From positions 18,389 to 82,388 of the IMG/VR virus record IMGVR_UViG_3300032288_005778: 64,000 nucleotides of DNA; one strand, given 5' to 3'. Below the pieces are notes generated by a model. The model worked only from the letters and a program-made list of their open reading frames with translations. It ran no database searches and was not told the DNA's origin. Below are positions 35,486 to 46,150 of this stretch, piece after piece; the stretch's first letter is position 1; the number at the start of each line of letters is the position of its first letter. Both the position numbers and the translations under genes were made by a program. This DNA comes from a virus.

Positions 35486-35695
35486 ATGAAAAAGCAATAC
35501 AGAATTGACGAAAGCGTAACCAAGCCCGATTGGTGGCGCGAAGAAGACAAGCTAAATGAGAGTAATCCAAATAACAAGATATGGGTTGAAGAAGGCGTGA
35601 TGATTTTTGGTCAAATTCATTACACAGAAAAGTATCGATTGATATCCCGAAAAAAATGGAAATTACTAAGCCAGCAGAAAAATAAGTTTGGTTAG
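35486..35695 (+). CDS. Hypothetical protein
   Basis: 69-aa ATG ORF. Confidence 0.5.
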   Translation: MKKQYRIDESVTKPDWWREEDKLNESNPNNKIWVEEGVMIFGQIHYTEKYRLISRKKWKLLSQQKNKFG

Positions 35696-35787
35696 ATACA
35701 GCAACGATGGTAAACCCATATCTCCCATATCTGAGTTTTTCTTGTCGTTACATTTTTGGTAGTAATTGAAGTATTTGGAGTTCAAAA

Positions 35788-36117
35788 ATGTTGATTAATG
35801 ATTCAGACTTAGAGCTTACTGAAAAGCTAAAAGCAGCAAGAGGAAAGCAGTTTTTAGTTTTATTAGATATGGCGATTGATAAAATTGGTCCATATCTTCA
35901 GGCTGAAATTAAAAAAAGAAACGGAAAAGTAACTGTTTTAGATATAGCACAGTTAAGTGTAAGCTATAACTTACACTTTAAAACCTGTACTGAAATGTTG
36001 GAAAAATTAAAAATATTGCCGACGGGTACTTTCTTGTCTCTAAAAGACAGAGGACTCAATGTTAAAAAAGTCATGGCGGAAGCCGCTAAAAAAGATGTAA
36101 ATGAGCAAAATACTTAA
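35788..36117 (+). CDS. Hypothetical protein
   Basis: GGAG RBS. Confidence 0.6.
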   Translation: MLINDSDLELTEKLKAARGKQFLVLLDMAIDKIGPYLQAEIKKRNGKVTVLDIAQLSVSYNLHFKTCTEMLEKLKILPTGTFLSLKDRGLNVKKVMAEAAKKDVNEQNT

Positions 36118-36164
36118 AAGTTAAAACAAGGGTAACAACATTATGTCTAGCATAAATACAGGCA

Positions 36165-36554
36165 TTGAATGAACAGGATTGGAAACTAAACATGAACATT
36201 GACTTAATAGAGCAAACCATTAAAACTGGTTTAAGCTTTTACGACACAGTCTTGAGTCCTGGGTTTACTTCAGACAGCCAAGACCCTAATCATTCAATAA
36301 AACTCAACATGGTCAGGGAAGTTTTAATGCTAAAAGCCGAAGCTGAATCTGAAAATATTGCTTGGGAAACAGCAGTATTGATGATGAATGTTTACAAAGC
36401 AAGAAAGACGTATTCTAGAAACGATGAAGACGATTATTTCTTCAGTCTTTTGATGTTTAAGATGGGAAACGAACTGGGAATAAGTATAAACCTCAGTTTT
36501 TCCCTTAACGTTATTTCGATTGCCAAACTATACAATAAGATGGAGTTGTTTTAA
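36165..36554 (+). CDS. Hypothetical protein
   Basis: Coupled to the next gene (TAATG). Confidence 0.55.
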   Translation: MNEQDWKLNMNIDLIEQTIKTGLSFYDTVLSPGFTSDSQDPNHSIKLNMVREVLMLKAEAESENIAWETAVLMMNVYKARKTYSRNDEDDYFFSLLMFKMGNELGISINLSFSLNVISIAKLYNKMELF

Positions 36555-36898
36555 TGTACAATCTACAGGATATTCCGCATTACGAACGCTCAGTGCTTTA
36601 TCATATTATCAAGGTCTCTTTAAACGAGCAAATAGCATTGATGGATAAAGAGGCAACTTCAGAAAGATGGAATTTCATAAAACTCCATTATCAAGTTTTG
36701 GAGAAATTAACTGACATCACCTCTCCGTTAATGGTTCTTCAAGAAGAACTGGATTTCATGGTATTCATCGGGCAAACAATGATGAATACTAGCTCACCAG
36801 TATTAGAGCAAAATAGAAGATTAGCAGAAAAACTTGTCACCAAGTGGACGTCTCAAGCCTGGCTTCAAAAACAGGCAAAAAGGGCATTTAGTGTATAA
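36554..36898 (+). CDS. Hypothetical protein
   Basis: GGAG RBS, coupled. Confidence 0.6.
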   Translation: MYNLQDIPHYERSVLYHIIKVSLNEQIALMDKEATSERWNFIKLHYQVLEKLTDITSPLMVLQEELDFMVFIGQTMMNTSSPVLEQNRRLAEKLVTKWTSQAWLQKQAKRAFSV

Positions 36899-37347
36899 GG
36901 AAACAAAGCTTAAGTTAATCCAAAGTGAGGAAAAAATGATCTATTCAGATTACATGAATTATCTTCATGAGTTATATCTTGAAGAACAGTACGAAGATAT
37001 AAAAATGCGCGAACGCGCACTCTACCACAAGGCAATTTTGTTCTTTGTGTGTCAACTGATTACAGACTAATTAATTACGCGATCGCCCAACAAAAGAGCG
37101 ATCGCACTCACAGTAACCAAAGGAAAAAATGCAGCAGTACATTGGATACCTTTTGATTGACAAGGAGAAAATAAAAGTCCTTGTTAAAGAAGGACAAGCA
37201 TACCGCTCCTTAAAAATCAGGGAAACTGGATCGGACAGTAACTTTCTCCAGAGAGAAAGCGATCTTTTTTCTAATTATCCCTCTATGATCAGGGAGCCAA
37301 AAATGGGAAGGCAGATTTTTGTTTAAAAATAAGTTAACAGAGGTAAC

Positions 37348-38106
37348 ATGGCTAGTACAAATACAGGTATTGAGTGGACAGATAAAACCTGGAATCCTAC
37401 CACAGGTTGTGATAAAGTTAGCCCAGGTTGCGTACATTGTTACGCAGAGATTTTAACTAACCGATTCTCCAAATCTTTTCCTTATGGATTTGATTTAACC
37501 CTATATCCAGAAAGATTGAAAGAGCCTTTAAAATGGCGTACTCCCAGTAAAATCTTTGTTAATAGCATGAGTGATCTTTTTCATGAAAAAGTACCTTTAG
37601 ATTTTATTCAAGAGGTCTTTAAAGTCATTCAAGCTACCCCTCACCATGTCTATCAAATATTAACAAAAAGACCGGAGCGATTAGTTGAATTATCACCACA
37701 TCTAGAATTTCATAAAAACATCTGGTTAGGTGTATCAGTGGAAAATCAAAGTTATGTTTCTCGTATTGACTTACTGCGTCAAGTGCCGGCAAATGTGCGG
37801 TTTCTATCCTGTGAACCATTGCTAGGTTCATTAACCCTTGACCTCGCAGGCATTGATTGGGTCATTGTTGGTGGGGAATCTGGACAAAAACACCGTCCGA
37901 TGAAAATTGAATGGGCTGAAAGTATCCGTGATCAATGCCAAAAAGCAAAAGTAGCATTTTTCTTCAAACAAGTTGGTGGTAGTACATCTAAAGCTGGTGG
38001 CAATCGCTTAAACGGGGAGTTGCTGCAAAACTTCCCGCCAGCCTGGGAAAAACACCAAGCTACTGCTTGGCTTAAACAGCCTAAGCAAGTTGCTTTATTT
38101 AACTAG
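37348..38106 (+). CDS. Phage Gp37/Gp68 (DUF5131) radical-SAM-like protein
   Basis: IEWTDKTWNP.TGC.KVSPGC.HCYAE, FVNSMSDLFH, QILTKR, SCEPLLG, WVIVGGESG, FFFKQ. Confidence 0.92.
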   Translation: MASTNTGIEWTDKTWNPTTGCDKVSPGCVHCYAEILTNRFSKSFPYGFDLTLYPERLKEPLKWRTPSKIFVNSMSDLFHEKVPLDFIQEVFKVIQATPHHVYQILTKRPERLVELSPHLEFHKNIWLGVSVENQSYVSRIDLLRQVPANVRFLSCEPLLGSLTLDLAGIDWVIVGGESGQKHRPMKIEWAESIRDQCQKAKVAFFFKQVGGSTSKAGGNRLNGELLQNFPPAWEKHQATAWLKQPKQVALFN

Positions 38107-38162
38107 TTCAAAAGGGTAGGTTTTGCCTGGCGGACACCTACTGCCATTAAAGTTACAGGAAG

Positions 38163-38375
38163 GTGAACAAAATGACTGATTACATCGCCCAATTTGCCTA
38201 TTGTTACATAGATGAAGATGACTCACCGACTGAGGAAGAAATGCAGGTGAGACTGAGCCTGGCAGAATATTATCTAGATATCCCTTTCGACACAGACGGA
38301 AACACTGAAAGACAATATCAAAGTATGATAAGCCTTTGTTTTAAAAGATGGGATTCTCGCCCAGTGATTGATTAG
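38163..38375 (+). CDS. Hypothetical protein
   Basis: 70-aa acidic ORF before the terminator. Confidence 0.5.
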   Translation: MNKMTDYIAQFAYCYIDEDDSPTEEEMQVRLSLAEYYLDIPFDTDGNTERQYQSMISLCFKRWDSRPVID

Positions 38376-38417
38376 CCACTAACCAGCCAATCCCTTGACC
38401 CGTTTCTTCCCTGATAC

Positions 38418-38447
38418 GAAACCCGCTAGTAGTAGCGGGTTTTTTTA
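38418..38447. terminator. Terminator between the convergent early and tail operons
   Basis: aaacccgct-agtagt-agcgggttttttt. Confidence 0.75.
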
Positions 38448-38455
38448 ATGATTAA

Positions 38456-38950
38456 TTACGGATTAGCGATCGCACTAATTTGATGTATGCGTTTTACTAG
38501 TAGTCCGTTGTCTATTTCCGCTTGCTGCTTTTCCAGTGCTAGTGTGCTTAGTTGCTCACTCAATTGTTTTAGCTGTAGTAGTAATTGTCCATACTTGTCC
38601 TGAGTTTCAAGTAACTCTGTCTGTAATTTTTCCTTCTCAGATTGCAATTGATTAATCTGCGTTTGTAATTGCAAATTGTGTTTAAAACTGATAATTCCTC
38701 TTACTTCATCTAAGTCGCAATCATAATTAGGGACTACCCAAGATTCAACAGGAAGAAAAGCACCATCACGAGATAAAGAGTAGTCCGCTAAAAATACCCT
38801 GTCTTGAGGCGTGGGTGGCAATTCAATAGTAATTTCCCCTTCATTAATTTCATAGGTATTAATGCCCGCCGTTACCCCAAGAAATGGAATATTTGGCTTG
38901 AGTCTAACAAAGCCTCGCTGAATATCTAATGACCCTGATATTTTGACCAT
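38456..38950 (-). CDS. Hypothetical protein with C-terminal coiled coil
   Basis: L/Q/E heptads; last gene of the tail operon. Confidence 0.65.
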   Translation of the reverse strand: MVKISGSLDIQRGFVRLKPNIPFLGVTAGINTYEINEGEITIELPPTPQDRVFLADYSLSRDGAFLPVESWVVPNYDCDLDEVRGIISFKHNLQLQTQINQLQSEKEKLQTELLETQDKYGQLLLQLKQLSEQLSTLALEKQQAEIDNGLLVKRIHQISAIANP

Positions 38951-38951
38951 C

Positions 38952-39584
38952 TTAACCTCTTATCCTTGCAACTGCGGGGAAACCACCAAATTTAAGTGTG
39001 TGGCTATGATACTGCTTACACATCTCTAAATCCTTGCGACAGGCTCTTTTGTCTGATGTTGTTGTTTGCCCAAAGATATCAAAATGTACATTAGTGGATG
39101 CTTGGCAATCACCATCACTTAAAGTATACTGACATCTTTTAGAGTAAGTCCGGGCTGGTAGCTTTTTCCTTTCTAGGGAGTAGGGAGAAAGGGCAAAGCT
39201 AAATTGATTTTGATACTCACCTGTATACTGAGATACCTCTAGTAGAAGCGGGAAAAACTGACTGCTATCTGCCGTGGGTTGTCCGTCTAAAAACATCGGT
39301 AATGTTTGCTTAACAGCAACTTCAGCCTTAATAACTTCGTGAGCATCAATGATATCCCCTACTAATCCAGAAATATCGGATACAATCAAGGAAGTACGCG
39401 CCTCAACGCTTTCCCCACTTCTACCAAAGCTCCCTAGTTGGCAGGGGTAGCCTTGGTAGAAAACACCACCAAAGGATACCGAGCCATAATTGCAGATTTT
39501 AATATCAAAGTCGTTGGTTTTGATTTGAATCAAGTCAATCAAGACCTCAGAATCTAATGATTGGTTGGCTGCTATTAATGTCAT
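38952..39584 (-). CDS. Minor tail protein L-like (lambda gpL)
   Basis: Y..YP, LDGQPTAD, LPAR...C.Y....C...C.K....C...FGGFP Fe-S cysteines. Confidence 0.85.
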   Translation of the reverse strand: MTLIAANQSLDSEVLIDLIQIKTNDFDIKICNYGSVSFGGVFYQGYPCQLGSFGRSGESVEARTSLIVSDISGLVGDIIDAHEVIKAEVAVKQTLPMFLDGQPTADSSQFFPLLLEVSQYTGEYQNQFSFALSPYSLERKKLPARTYSKRCQYTLSDGDCQASTNVHFDIFGQTTTSDKRACRKDLEMCKQYHSHTLKFGGFPAVARIRG

Positions 39585-40021
39585 GATTGCGATTTTAATT
39601 CCTCAATCTCGTGGACATAAACAACATCAAAACCTGCTAATTCTGTATCACTTCTTTCTATAAAAGGCTGATAATTTGGGTCGGGTTCGATGCGTTGCAA
39701 TAAAGCAAAAATAGCGTTAAAAGTTTCTTCTGAAATTAGTTCACCTTCTTTTAAAATTACAAGATTTGCCAATGCAAAATCAATTGATCTACTTTGGATT
39801 GATTCTACAAATCTTTCGTAGGTTTTTGTTTCGACAACTTTTATTGTATTCTCGTCAATCCCAATTTTAATTATGTCTTCTAGCGTGGGAACTATTGATA
39901 TTTGCTCCTGTGGTTTAGGATTGGGGATTAACTTTTTTTCATTCAATTTTCCAGTTAATTCCCTGGCGGATAATTCAGGGAATTGTGCGATTTGAGAAAG
40001 TAGCCATTGTTGTTTTGTCAT
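39581..40021 (-). CDS. Hypothetical tail-region protein
   Basis: Coupled within the tail operon. Confidence 0.6.
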   Translation of the reverse strand: MTKQQWLLSQIAQFPELSARELTGKLNEKKLIPNPKPQEQISIVPTLEDIIKIGIDENTIKVVETKTYERFVESIQSRSIDFALANLVILKEGELISEETFNAIFALLQRIEPDPNYQPFIERSDTELAGFDVVYVHEIEELKSQS

Positions 40022-40033
40022 GGTTTTAAATTT

Positions 40034-40786
40034 TTAAATATACGGGGGTGAGAATTTAAAAGGATGGTTGTTTACTAAGTTTGCTTGTAGTTCCCATCGC
40101 CAAGCAAAATAACCTTCAAAGTGCTGGCGGTTTGCAGTGGAGAGCGCGGACCTGATTAGCAAAAGTTCCGAAATATTTGCGTTAAGAAATTGGGCAGACC
40201 AAGACCTCCTCCCAATTTCTATTGTGCTGTCATTAGCCGTGTTTATGCTATTTGGAGCCGCTGTTATTTGCTGCAACAAAGTCCCGTTTCTGTGCCCTTG
40301 TCTAACCCCGGCATTAAAAGAGTAGCTTTGTATATCTGCGTTGTCAGTAAAAGGGATATTGATTGGTGCAGTATTGTTGATCCAAAAGGCACCGCCCGAC
40401 TCGATGCTAAATTGTGAGCCGTTGTTACCGGTGGTATTGATTAGAGTACCAGAAGTACCTCTTATGACGGTTGATATTGTCAAACCGCTCAGTCCAGAAA
40501 TTAAACCATCCCACCCCGAAGAAGACAAAAAATCATCGACCCCGTCAAACGTCAGCACAGGCTTCCCGTTTAGTCCATTGGGTGTGTATGTTGGCTGGTT
40601 TGCTTTGGTTGCTTGTGTTGCGTGCCTGCCATTTCCTGATATATCTCTCCACTGAGAAACCGTTGTACCATTAAGAATCACGCTACTTGATTCCATAGCA
40701 TCAAACCATGCAGTAATATTAATTCCTGGTATTTTATCAGGAGTCAGTAGCCTTCTCGTTATCACAATCAATTTATTGTTTCTCAT
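40034..40786 (-). CDS. LamG/concanavalin-like virion protein
   Basis: WFDA...VSQWRDISGNGRHATQ...QPTY...FDGVDD..., EGYFAWRW. Confidence 0.75.
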   Translation of the reverse strand: MRNNKLIVITRRLLTPDKIPGINITAWFDAMESSSVILNGTTVSQWRDISGNGRHATQATKANQPTYTPNGLNGKPVLTFDGVDDFLSSSGWDGLISGLSGLTISTVIRGTSGTLINTTGNNGSQFSIESGGAFWINNTAPINIPFTDNADIQSYSFNAGVRQGHRNGTLLQQITAAPNSINTANDSTIEIGRRSWSAQFLNANISELLLIRSALSTANRQHFEGYFAWRWELQANLVNNHPFKFSPPYI

Positions 40787-40787
40787 G

Positions 40788-41642
40788 TTATGCCAAGAAA
40801 GAATTTACAGTGATTGTACCTGTCTCTGCACCGCTTGTGGGTGTAAATGCGTTTGGAGTTACTACGTACGCCCACAAAGAAGTGCTATTTATGGCTAATT
40901 TAACCTGTCTGTTGATGTTTGATGCCATAGCAAAAAAGCTACCACCACCTCTCATCGTTGCAATTGATAAAATAATTCCATCTTCAGTTAAGTGAAAATC
41001 TCTATCAGCAGATGCACCATTAAAAACAAGATTATCGGCGATCGCAGATGGAGGTGAAGCGCTGTATAAATAAATTACAAGGGTAGTCATTCCACTAGGA
41101 GGCGTGGAAGTATTGAACATGATTTTTATATTATTAATAAAAATATTACCCCCACTAGGACCAATATTTGATAACTGGATTATTGAGCCATATACGTCAT
41201 TAGCTGTATAAGCAGTTGCTCCTGATGGTCTTTGAATAGTTGCGGTACTAGCAAATCCAGTTCCGTTGCTTAGTGTCCTAAAGATAGCTGATAGCCACCC
41301 TAAAATACCTCCCCCGCCCGCAGGCATGGTTGCATCGGTGATTTGAGTACCAAAACTAATTTGATTCGTTACGTCTACTGGTAATCTGTTATTTATCGGT
41401 GAAGGTAATCTGTCGGTAATTGTTTTCCAAATTCCAGACAGCCACCCTAAATTACCTACACCACCCGCGGGCATGGTTGCATCGGTGATTTGAGTACCAA
41501 AGTCTGCTGTAGTAGTACCACCTCCCCCTGTACCACCACCTTCTACTTGAACAATGGGAATATAAGGAGATTCAGGCGTACCTTCTCCTGTAGCCTTAAC
41601 ATATTCCGCCGTTCCTCTTACTCCTAAAATAGGCTGATTCAT
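40788..41642 (-). CDS. Tail fibre/receptor-binding-like protein with internal repeat
   Basis: ATGEGTPESPYIP; duplicated FGTQITDATMPAGG.G.LGWLS; paralog of 43097..43669. Confidence 0.6.
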   Translation of the reverse strand: MNQPILGVRGTAEYVKATGEGTPESPYIPIVQVEGGGTGGGGTTTADFGTQITDATMPAGGVGNLGWLSGIWKTITDRLPSPINNRLPVDVTNQISFGTQITDATMPAGGGGILGWLSAIFRTLSNGTGFASTATIQRPSGATAYTANDVYGSIIQLSNIGPSGGNIFINNIKIMFNTSTPPSGMTTLVIYLYSASPPSAIADNLVFNGASADRDFHLTEDGIILSIATMRGGGSFFAMASNINRQVKLAINSTSLWAYVVTPNAFTPTSGAETGTITVNSFLA

Positions 41643-41689
41643 TGCTTTGTTTTACAAGAATATTGGTTCAATGTTAGCACAGAACCATC

Positions 41690-42613
41690 TTAATTTGCTA
41701 CTCTCATTAATATGTAATCTCCCGTTAGATCCTGTGCATTAGTATTACCTAATCTACCAACTACAACACAATGAATTACGCCATGGTTTTTGTATGCTGA
41801 TGTGGCATTAGCCATATTTAAAGATACAATATCCCCTAGTTGGGGGGCTGGTTCAGTGCCGTCAACCTTCCATTTAAAAACATTAGGAATATATCCTAAT
41901 GGAACCGTGTTTAAAGTTGGTCGCCTGAGATATAATTCAACCTCGCTTTGAGTGGCTGTACCATTAGTTTTTGTGTGAGCATAGTTAGCGATCGTCCCTG
42001 TAGTTGCCACCAACAGATTGTCTACTAAAGTCCCCGCCAGACACTGATTTTGGCTTGACGCATTAAAAAATCCATCAGATGCTTTTCCAGTATAAAAACA
42101 ATAGGAATTAAGCGGAAAAGCAAAATCTGAATTACTCAAAACTCCGTTGCTAAAAAAGTAATAATTATTTGCATTTTTAAATATGAAAATGCTAAAAGAC
42201 GAATTGTTTGCAACCATCCAACAAATTACTTGAGAATTTGTTGATGGATTCATCACAGGCGTACTACTGTAAGTCCTGACTAAATTTCCGTGAATTATAG
42301 CACTTGCATTAACTGCTCCCCCGTTCCCCATCTGAAAAACAAATCTAGTTGTATCTGTATTTACAGAAATAGGTATATATTGCGGGGAAGCAGCTATAGC
42401 TCCGGCAAGGGTTTCTTGAGTAATATTCGGTCTCCAATCAATTCTAAAAAAGAAGTTATATGTGTTAGAATTATCGCCAAAAGCCCCATTAGCTCTATCA
42501 TTAGAACCTAGTGCCTGTCTGATACAAGTTAATATTTCAGCCCAATCAATAGGAGTAGTCCCAATTTTATTACCTATATAATGATTTCCAAAAGCATCAT
42601 TAAAAATAGTCAT
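41690..42613 (-). CDS. Hypothetical virion protein
   Basis: N/T/G-rich; coupled to the gpM-like gene. Confidence 0.6.
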   Translation of the reverse strand: MTIFNDAFGNHYIGNKIGTTPIDWAEILTCIRQALGSNDRANGAFGDNSNTYNFFFRIDWRPNITQETLAGAIAASPQYIPISVNTDTTRFVFQMGNGGAVNASAIIHGNLVRTYSSTPVMNPSTNSQVICWMVANNSSFSIFIFKNANNYYFFSNGVLSNSDFAFPLNSYCFYTGKASDGFFNASSQNQCLAGTLVDNLLVATTGTIANYAHTKTNGTATQSEVELYLRRPTLNTVPLGYIPNVFKWKVDGTEPAPQLGDIVSLNMANATSAYKNHGVIHCVVVGRLGNTNAQDLTGDYILMRVAN

Positions 42614-43095
42614 GATAAGTCCCCTTTGTTTTGTTCTTCAAAGTTTAGTAAACTAACTTGCTGTGATATAAATATTTTTTGTTCTGTAAAGGTTGCGGTT
42701 ATTTCCCATAAGTTAGTTCCTTGATTTGTGGCACTCCATTTATCACAGATAAAATCTTTGTATCTAAAAGCATCACTGGGTCGCCACTGAAATCTAGCAA
42801 ACCCCCCATACTGTTTAAATGTAGATACAATTTCATCTTTTAAGATTGTACTTAAATTGGGGATTGCTATTTCATAAGCTATCCTCGTAGATGCAGGATT
42901 AATCAGTATTTGGCTATAGTTATCCCCTAATCTTGTGGTTTGCTGAAATATTGTTTTATTACCAGAATAACTCCATTTTATAGGTGGTAAATTCAAGATA
43001 GGTGCATTGGAACTGGGTGGTGGAAAAAATGTCGTGCCACTTATTGCACCCTTACTTTGTTCCTCAAATTCTAGTGCGGCTATTGGATTAATCAT
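42610..43095 (-). CDS. Minor tail protein M-like (distal tail)
   Basis: LGDNYSQ...IN, F.W.P, F.C.KW, ITATF.E. Confidence 0.8.
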   Translation of the reverse strand: MINPIAALEFEEQSKGAISGTTFFPPPSSNAPILNLPPIKWSYSGNKTIFQQTTRLGDNYSQILINPASTRIAYEIAIPNLSTILKDEIVSTFKQYGGFARFQWRPSDAFRYKDFICDKWSATNQGTNLWEITATFTEQKIFISQQVSLLNFEEQNKGDLS

Positions 43096-43096
43096 A

Positions 43097-43669
43097 CTAC
43101 TTAGCGTATAATCGAACTATGAAACTACTACTAGCATTGTGACTAAAAGCAGATAAACTTACCAAATATCCCCATAGAGATGTACTGGCATTGGCTAACT
43201 TAAACACTGAATTAATTAAGATTGTTTCAGCGACAACCGTTCCTCCGCCCCTGGCTAAGTTTGCGGTTAAGTTAATTCCATTTAATGTTAACAAGGATGC
43301 TCTGTTGTTGGTAGGAACACTAAATAATTCATTGTTAGCAAATGCAGTTGCAGGACTAGAATTAAATAAGTACAATGCAAACTCGCTCATACCAGCGGGT
43401 AAAGTTGCTAAGTCAAAGATGATGCTCATACTGGTTAATTCAATGATTCCCCCGCTACTTCCAATATTAGGAATTTGGAATAAGTTGCCATAAACTTTGT
43501 TAATATCATAAGCTGTTGTTGTGGCTGGTTTAGTGACAGCAACCTCAGAAAAATATTTTAGCCCATTAGCGAGGGAAAACACTGGTATGTAAGGTGTAGC
43601 TAAACTTCCATTGCCGGTCGCTTCTCTGTATTCTGTGTTTCCGTTTGATCCGATGTAAGGTTGTGGCAT
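43097..43669 (-). CDS. Tail-associated protein (paralog of 40788..41642)
   Basis: EY.EATGNGS..TPYIP; T.Y..N.VYG; RGGG; STSLWGYLV. Confidence 0.6.
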   Translation of the reverse strand: MPQPYIGSNGNTEYREATGNGSLATPYIPVFSLANGLKYFSEVAVTKPATTTAYDINKVYGNLFQIPNIGSSGGIIELTSMSIIFDLATLPAGMSEFALYLFNSSPATAFANNELFSVPTNNRASLLTLNGINLTANLARGGGTVVAETILINSVFKLANASTSLWGYLVSLSAFSHNASSSFIVRLYAK

Positions 43670-46143
43670 TAGAAATCCCCTGCAAAAAATGAGTTATTTT
43701 TGTTGTCAAAAGATGCTATTAATTTATTAATACTAACAGCTTGAATGTATTGACTAACCTTGTTATTTGTGGTAACTGCGGCTATTCTTACAATATAATC
43801 CCCTGGACTTAAATTATCCCATGCTGCGAATAAATCGTTAACTTCTAACAAGCTACTCCATTCAGAATTATTTGATTTTTTGTACTGCAATCTGTAGGAT
43901 TTTGTGTAGCTTTCTTCTGTCAATCTTACAGCAGTAATAGTCCCGGTAGCAGGGTTGACGGTTGAGTTATTGAAAGGAAATGTAAATTGAGTATTGCTGA
44001 TTTTAGTAATGATAAATTTATCATTGTAAATGCTTTGATTTGACCCGCTAATCAAGATTAAATCATTACTTTGATAGTTGTGAGTAGTTGACGTGGTAAC
44101 GGTTGCTATCCCTTGGGAGAAACTCAAATTAGAAACAGCAAATTTAGTTCCCACCTGTTCTTTCAAGGGTCGTTGCCAGGATGCAACTAAAGAGTAAGTG
44201 TCATTACCATTAACTACAACTTTTAATAATTGTACAGAGAAATTATTAGGCGGATTAACCTCAGTTGGGAGTGGGTTTTGATCGCTATCACTAGGTATCT
44301 TGATTCCTGTTTCTACTTGGGTAAAAAAATCTTCACTGTAGGTTTTAGCCGTTACCTCAAACAAGGATCTATTTTCGCCATCAGGAACTACATCCGTGAT
44401 CCTGTACAGCTTTACTCTGCTAATTTCATCTACTATCTGCCATGGTGAGTGTACAAGCGGTAATGTAGTCAATGGTGTACTGAGATTAATTTCCGTGAAA
44501 GTTCCGGCGGGGTTAGCGATCGCTCTCTCAATTACAGATTCATCAGGAAGGGTTAAATAAATCTTTTTTCCTGTATTTGCGGTCAGTGTAATAGGTGCAT
44601 CTAAAGTAATTTTATTGGCTGTGACCGCAGACACCAATCCCCCAACCCTAACTTTGTTCCTGGCGGTATCAGATACTTGGATCACGTCACCAGGTTGGAA
44701 AAACATAGCCCGCGCTCTAATCTTGCAAGTCAAGGTAATGACGTTAGGTAAAGAGCTTAAAATAGTCCTGCGCCCCGATCTAATAGCAGCGGCTCGCCTA
44801 GTTTCTCCTAATAGCGCATATTCTTCCGTTTGATACCCGTACTTGTCAATAGAAGCTGGTTCTTCGACGATCTCTGGAACTAACTCCCAATCCTCAATGG
44901 TTGACTGGTAAGATACCTTGGCTACAGTGGTTACGGCATTCAGTTCCCTGGTTTGGTAAATAAATTTCCCTTCCTCTACATCTGCGTTAGTCAATATTTT
45001 TGGTAAGGCACTCATTGGACGCTCCTGCCAAAAGCTGATTTGTGAGCCATTCCAATAAGGTTTGACGTACATTGTGGAACAAATAGCCCGCACCATTTCT
45101 AGTACTGATTCTTGACCCCCAGAACCCAGGATAGTATTAAATAAAAATCTTCTTTCTGTTCCCCCGTCGCCATTGGAAACAAATTGGTTGTTGTACACAC
45201 TGCATTGATAGAGTGCAAATTTATCAATATAGGATTCAGGTATGCCTAATCTAGATCTGGGGTTAGTCAGCAAGTAGTAAACAATCCAGGCAGGGTCTGC
45301 GGTTGCTTTACTGGGCGTGTACAGCGTCCCATCCCAACCACCATTAAAGTCTGTTCCTCTGTCAGTTGTGTTAATAGTTGCGTTACTGGGTATCTTGCAA
45401 TCCTTGATGCCTTTAACCTTTGCCCAAACTTCTGGATTAGATTCAAAAGTTTTAGCAGGAAAAGCCAAGGACAATAATGCAGTGTTTGAATAAAGCACTT
45501 GGTCCAAGGAAACTTCAGTGTAGTCCGCCCATTTTACCACTACTATATGTTTATCTTTTCTTTCGTCAGGATTTGGTGGCTCTTCTGGCAAAGTTTTCTT
45601 GACTCTAACCTCAAAATAATCTTTGCTAGAATCAACAGGAAAAACGAATTTAAAGGTTACAAAATCAGGGTATCTGGCGTTTACACATTTGGCGACCCGC
45701 GTCACAAAAGTTCCATTAAGTCCCTCTTTTATTTCTATGCTAAAACAAAAATCTGTTCTTTTTCTATCCCCATCTTCTTCTTGGTATTCTGCTAAAAAAC
45801 TTAATCTAATATTAATTTGATTAATATCTGCATTAGTAATACTTCGAGTAATACCAACACCATCGTTTTTTACAACCAAATTAACTGGATTAACATTAAA
45901 TGTGCCACCAATGCTATCACTAGCAAACATCCAAGGTAGTACGGGATCTTTCGCCCCGTCACTAGCATTTAAACCCACGTCTTTAAAATTTGGCGTACCG
46001 CTATTATTAAGGTAAGGAGTTTTATCAAGGTAAATATCTTTTAAGGATGAAATACCTTCTATTTGCCCTTCACAAATTCCTAATAATAATTTAACGGTAT
46101 CATCCGTAGTTCCAGTAATTGGCTGAGAATCTTCCTTTGGCAT
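43669..46143 (-). CDS. Host-specificity / tail tip protein J-like
   Basis: ICEGQIEG, IYLDKTP, DPAWIVYYLLTN.R..LG, IDKFALY, F.PGDVI.V.D, FNIII-like C-terminus. Confidence 0.9.
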   Translation of the reverse strand: MPKEDSQPITGTTDDTVKLLLGICEGQIEGISSLKDIYLDKTPYLNNSGTPNFKDVGLNASDGAKDPVLPWMFASDSIGGTFNVNPVNLVVKNDGVGITRSITNADINQINIRLSFLAEYQEEDGDRKRTDFCFSIEIKEGLNGTFVTRVAKCVNARYPDFVTFKFVFPVDSSKDYFEVRVKKTLPEEPPNPDERKDKHIVVVKWADYTEVSLDQVLYSNTALLSLAFPAKTFESNPEVWAKVKGIKDCKIPSNATINTTDRGTDFNGGWDGTLYTPSKATADPAWIVYYLLTNPRSRLGIPESYIDKFALYQCSVYNNQFVSNGDGGTERRFLFNTILGSGGQESVLEMVRAICSTMYVKPYWNGSQISFWQERPMSALPKILTNADVEEGKFIYQTRELNAVTTVAKVSYQSTIEDWELVPEIVEEPASIDKYGYQTEEYALLGETRRAAAIRSGRRTILSSLPNVITLTCKIRARAMFFQPGDVIQVSDTARNKVRVGGLVSAVTANKITLDAPITLTANTGKKIYLTLPDESVIERAIANPAGTFTEINLSTPLTTLPLVHSPWQIVDEISRVKLYRITDVVPDGENRSLFEVTAKTYSEDFFTQVETGIKIPSDSDQNPLPTEVNPPNNFSVQLLKVVVNGNDTYSLVASWQRPLKEQVGTKFAVSNLSFSQGIATVTTSTTHNYQSNDLILISGSNQSIYNDKFIITKISNTQFTFPFNNSTVNPATGTITAVRLTEESYTKSYRLQYKKSNNSEWSSLLEVNDLFAAWDNLSPGDYIVRIAAVTTNNKVSQYIQAVSINKLIASFDNKNNSFFAGDF

Positions 46144-46150
46144 GGTTTTA

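Noticed and set aside
40788-43669. Diversity-generating retroelement in the tail-fibre paralogs
   Set aside because: No reverse transcriptase in the window and no adenine-specific TR/VR pair seen
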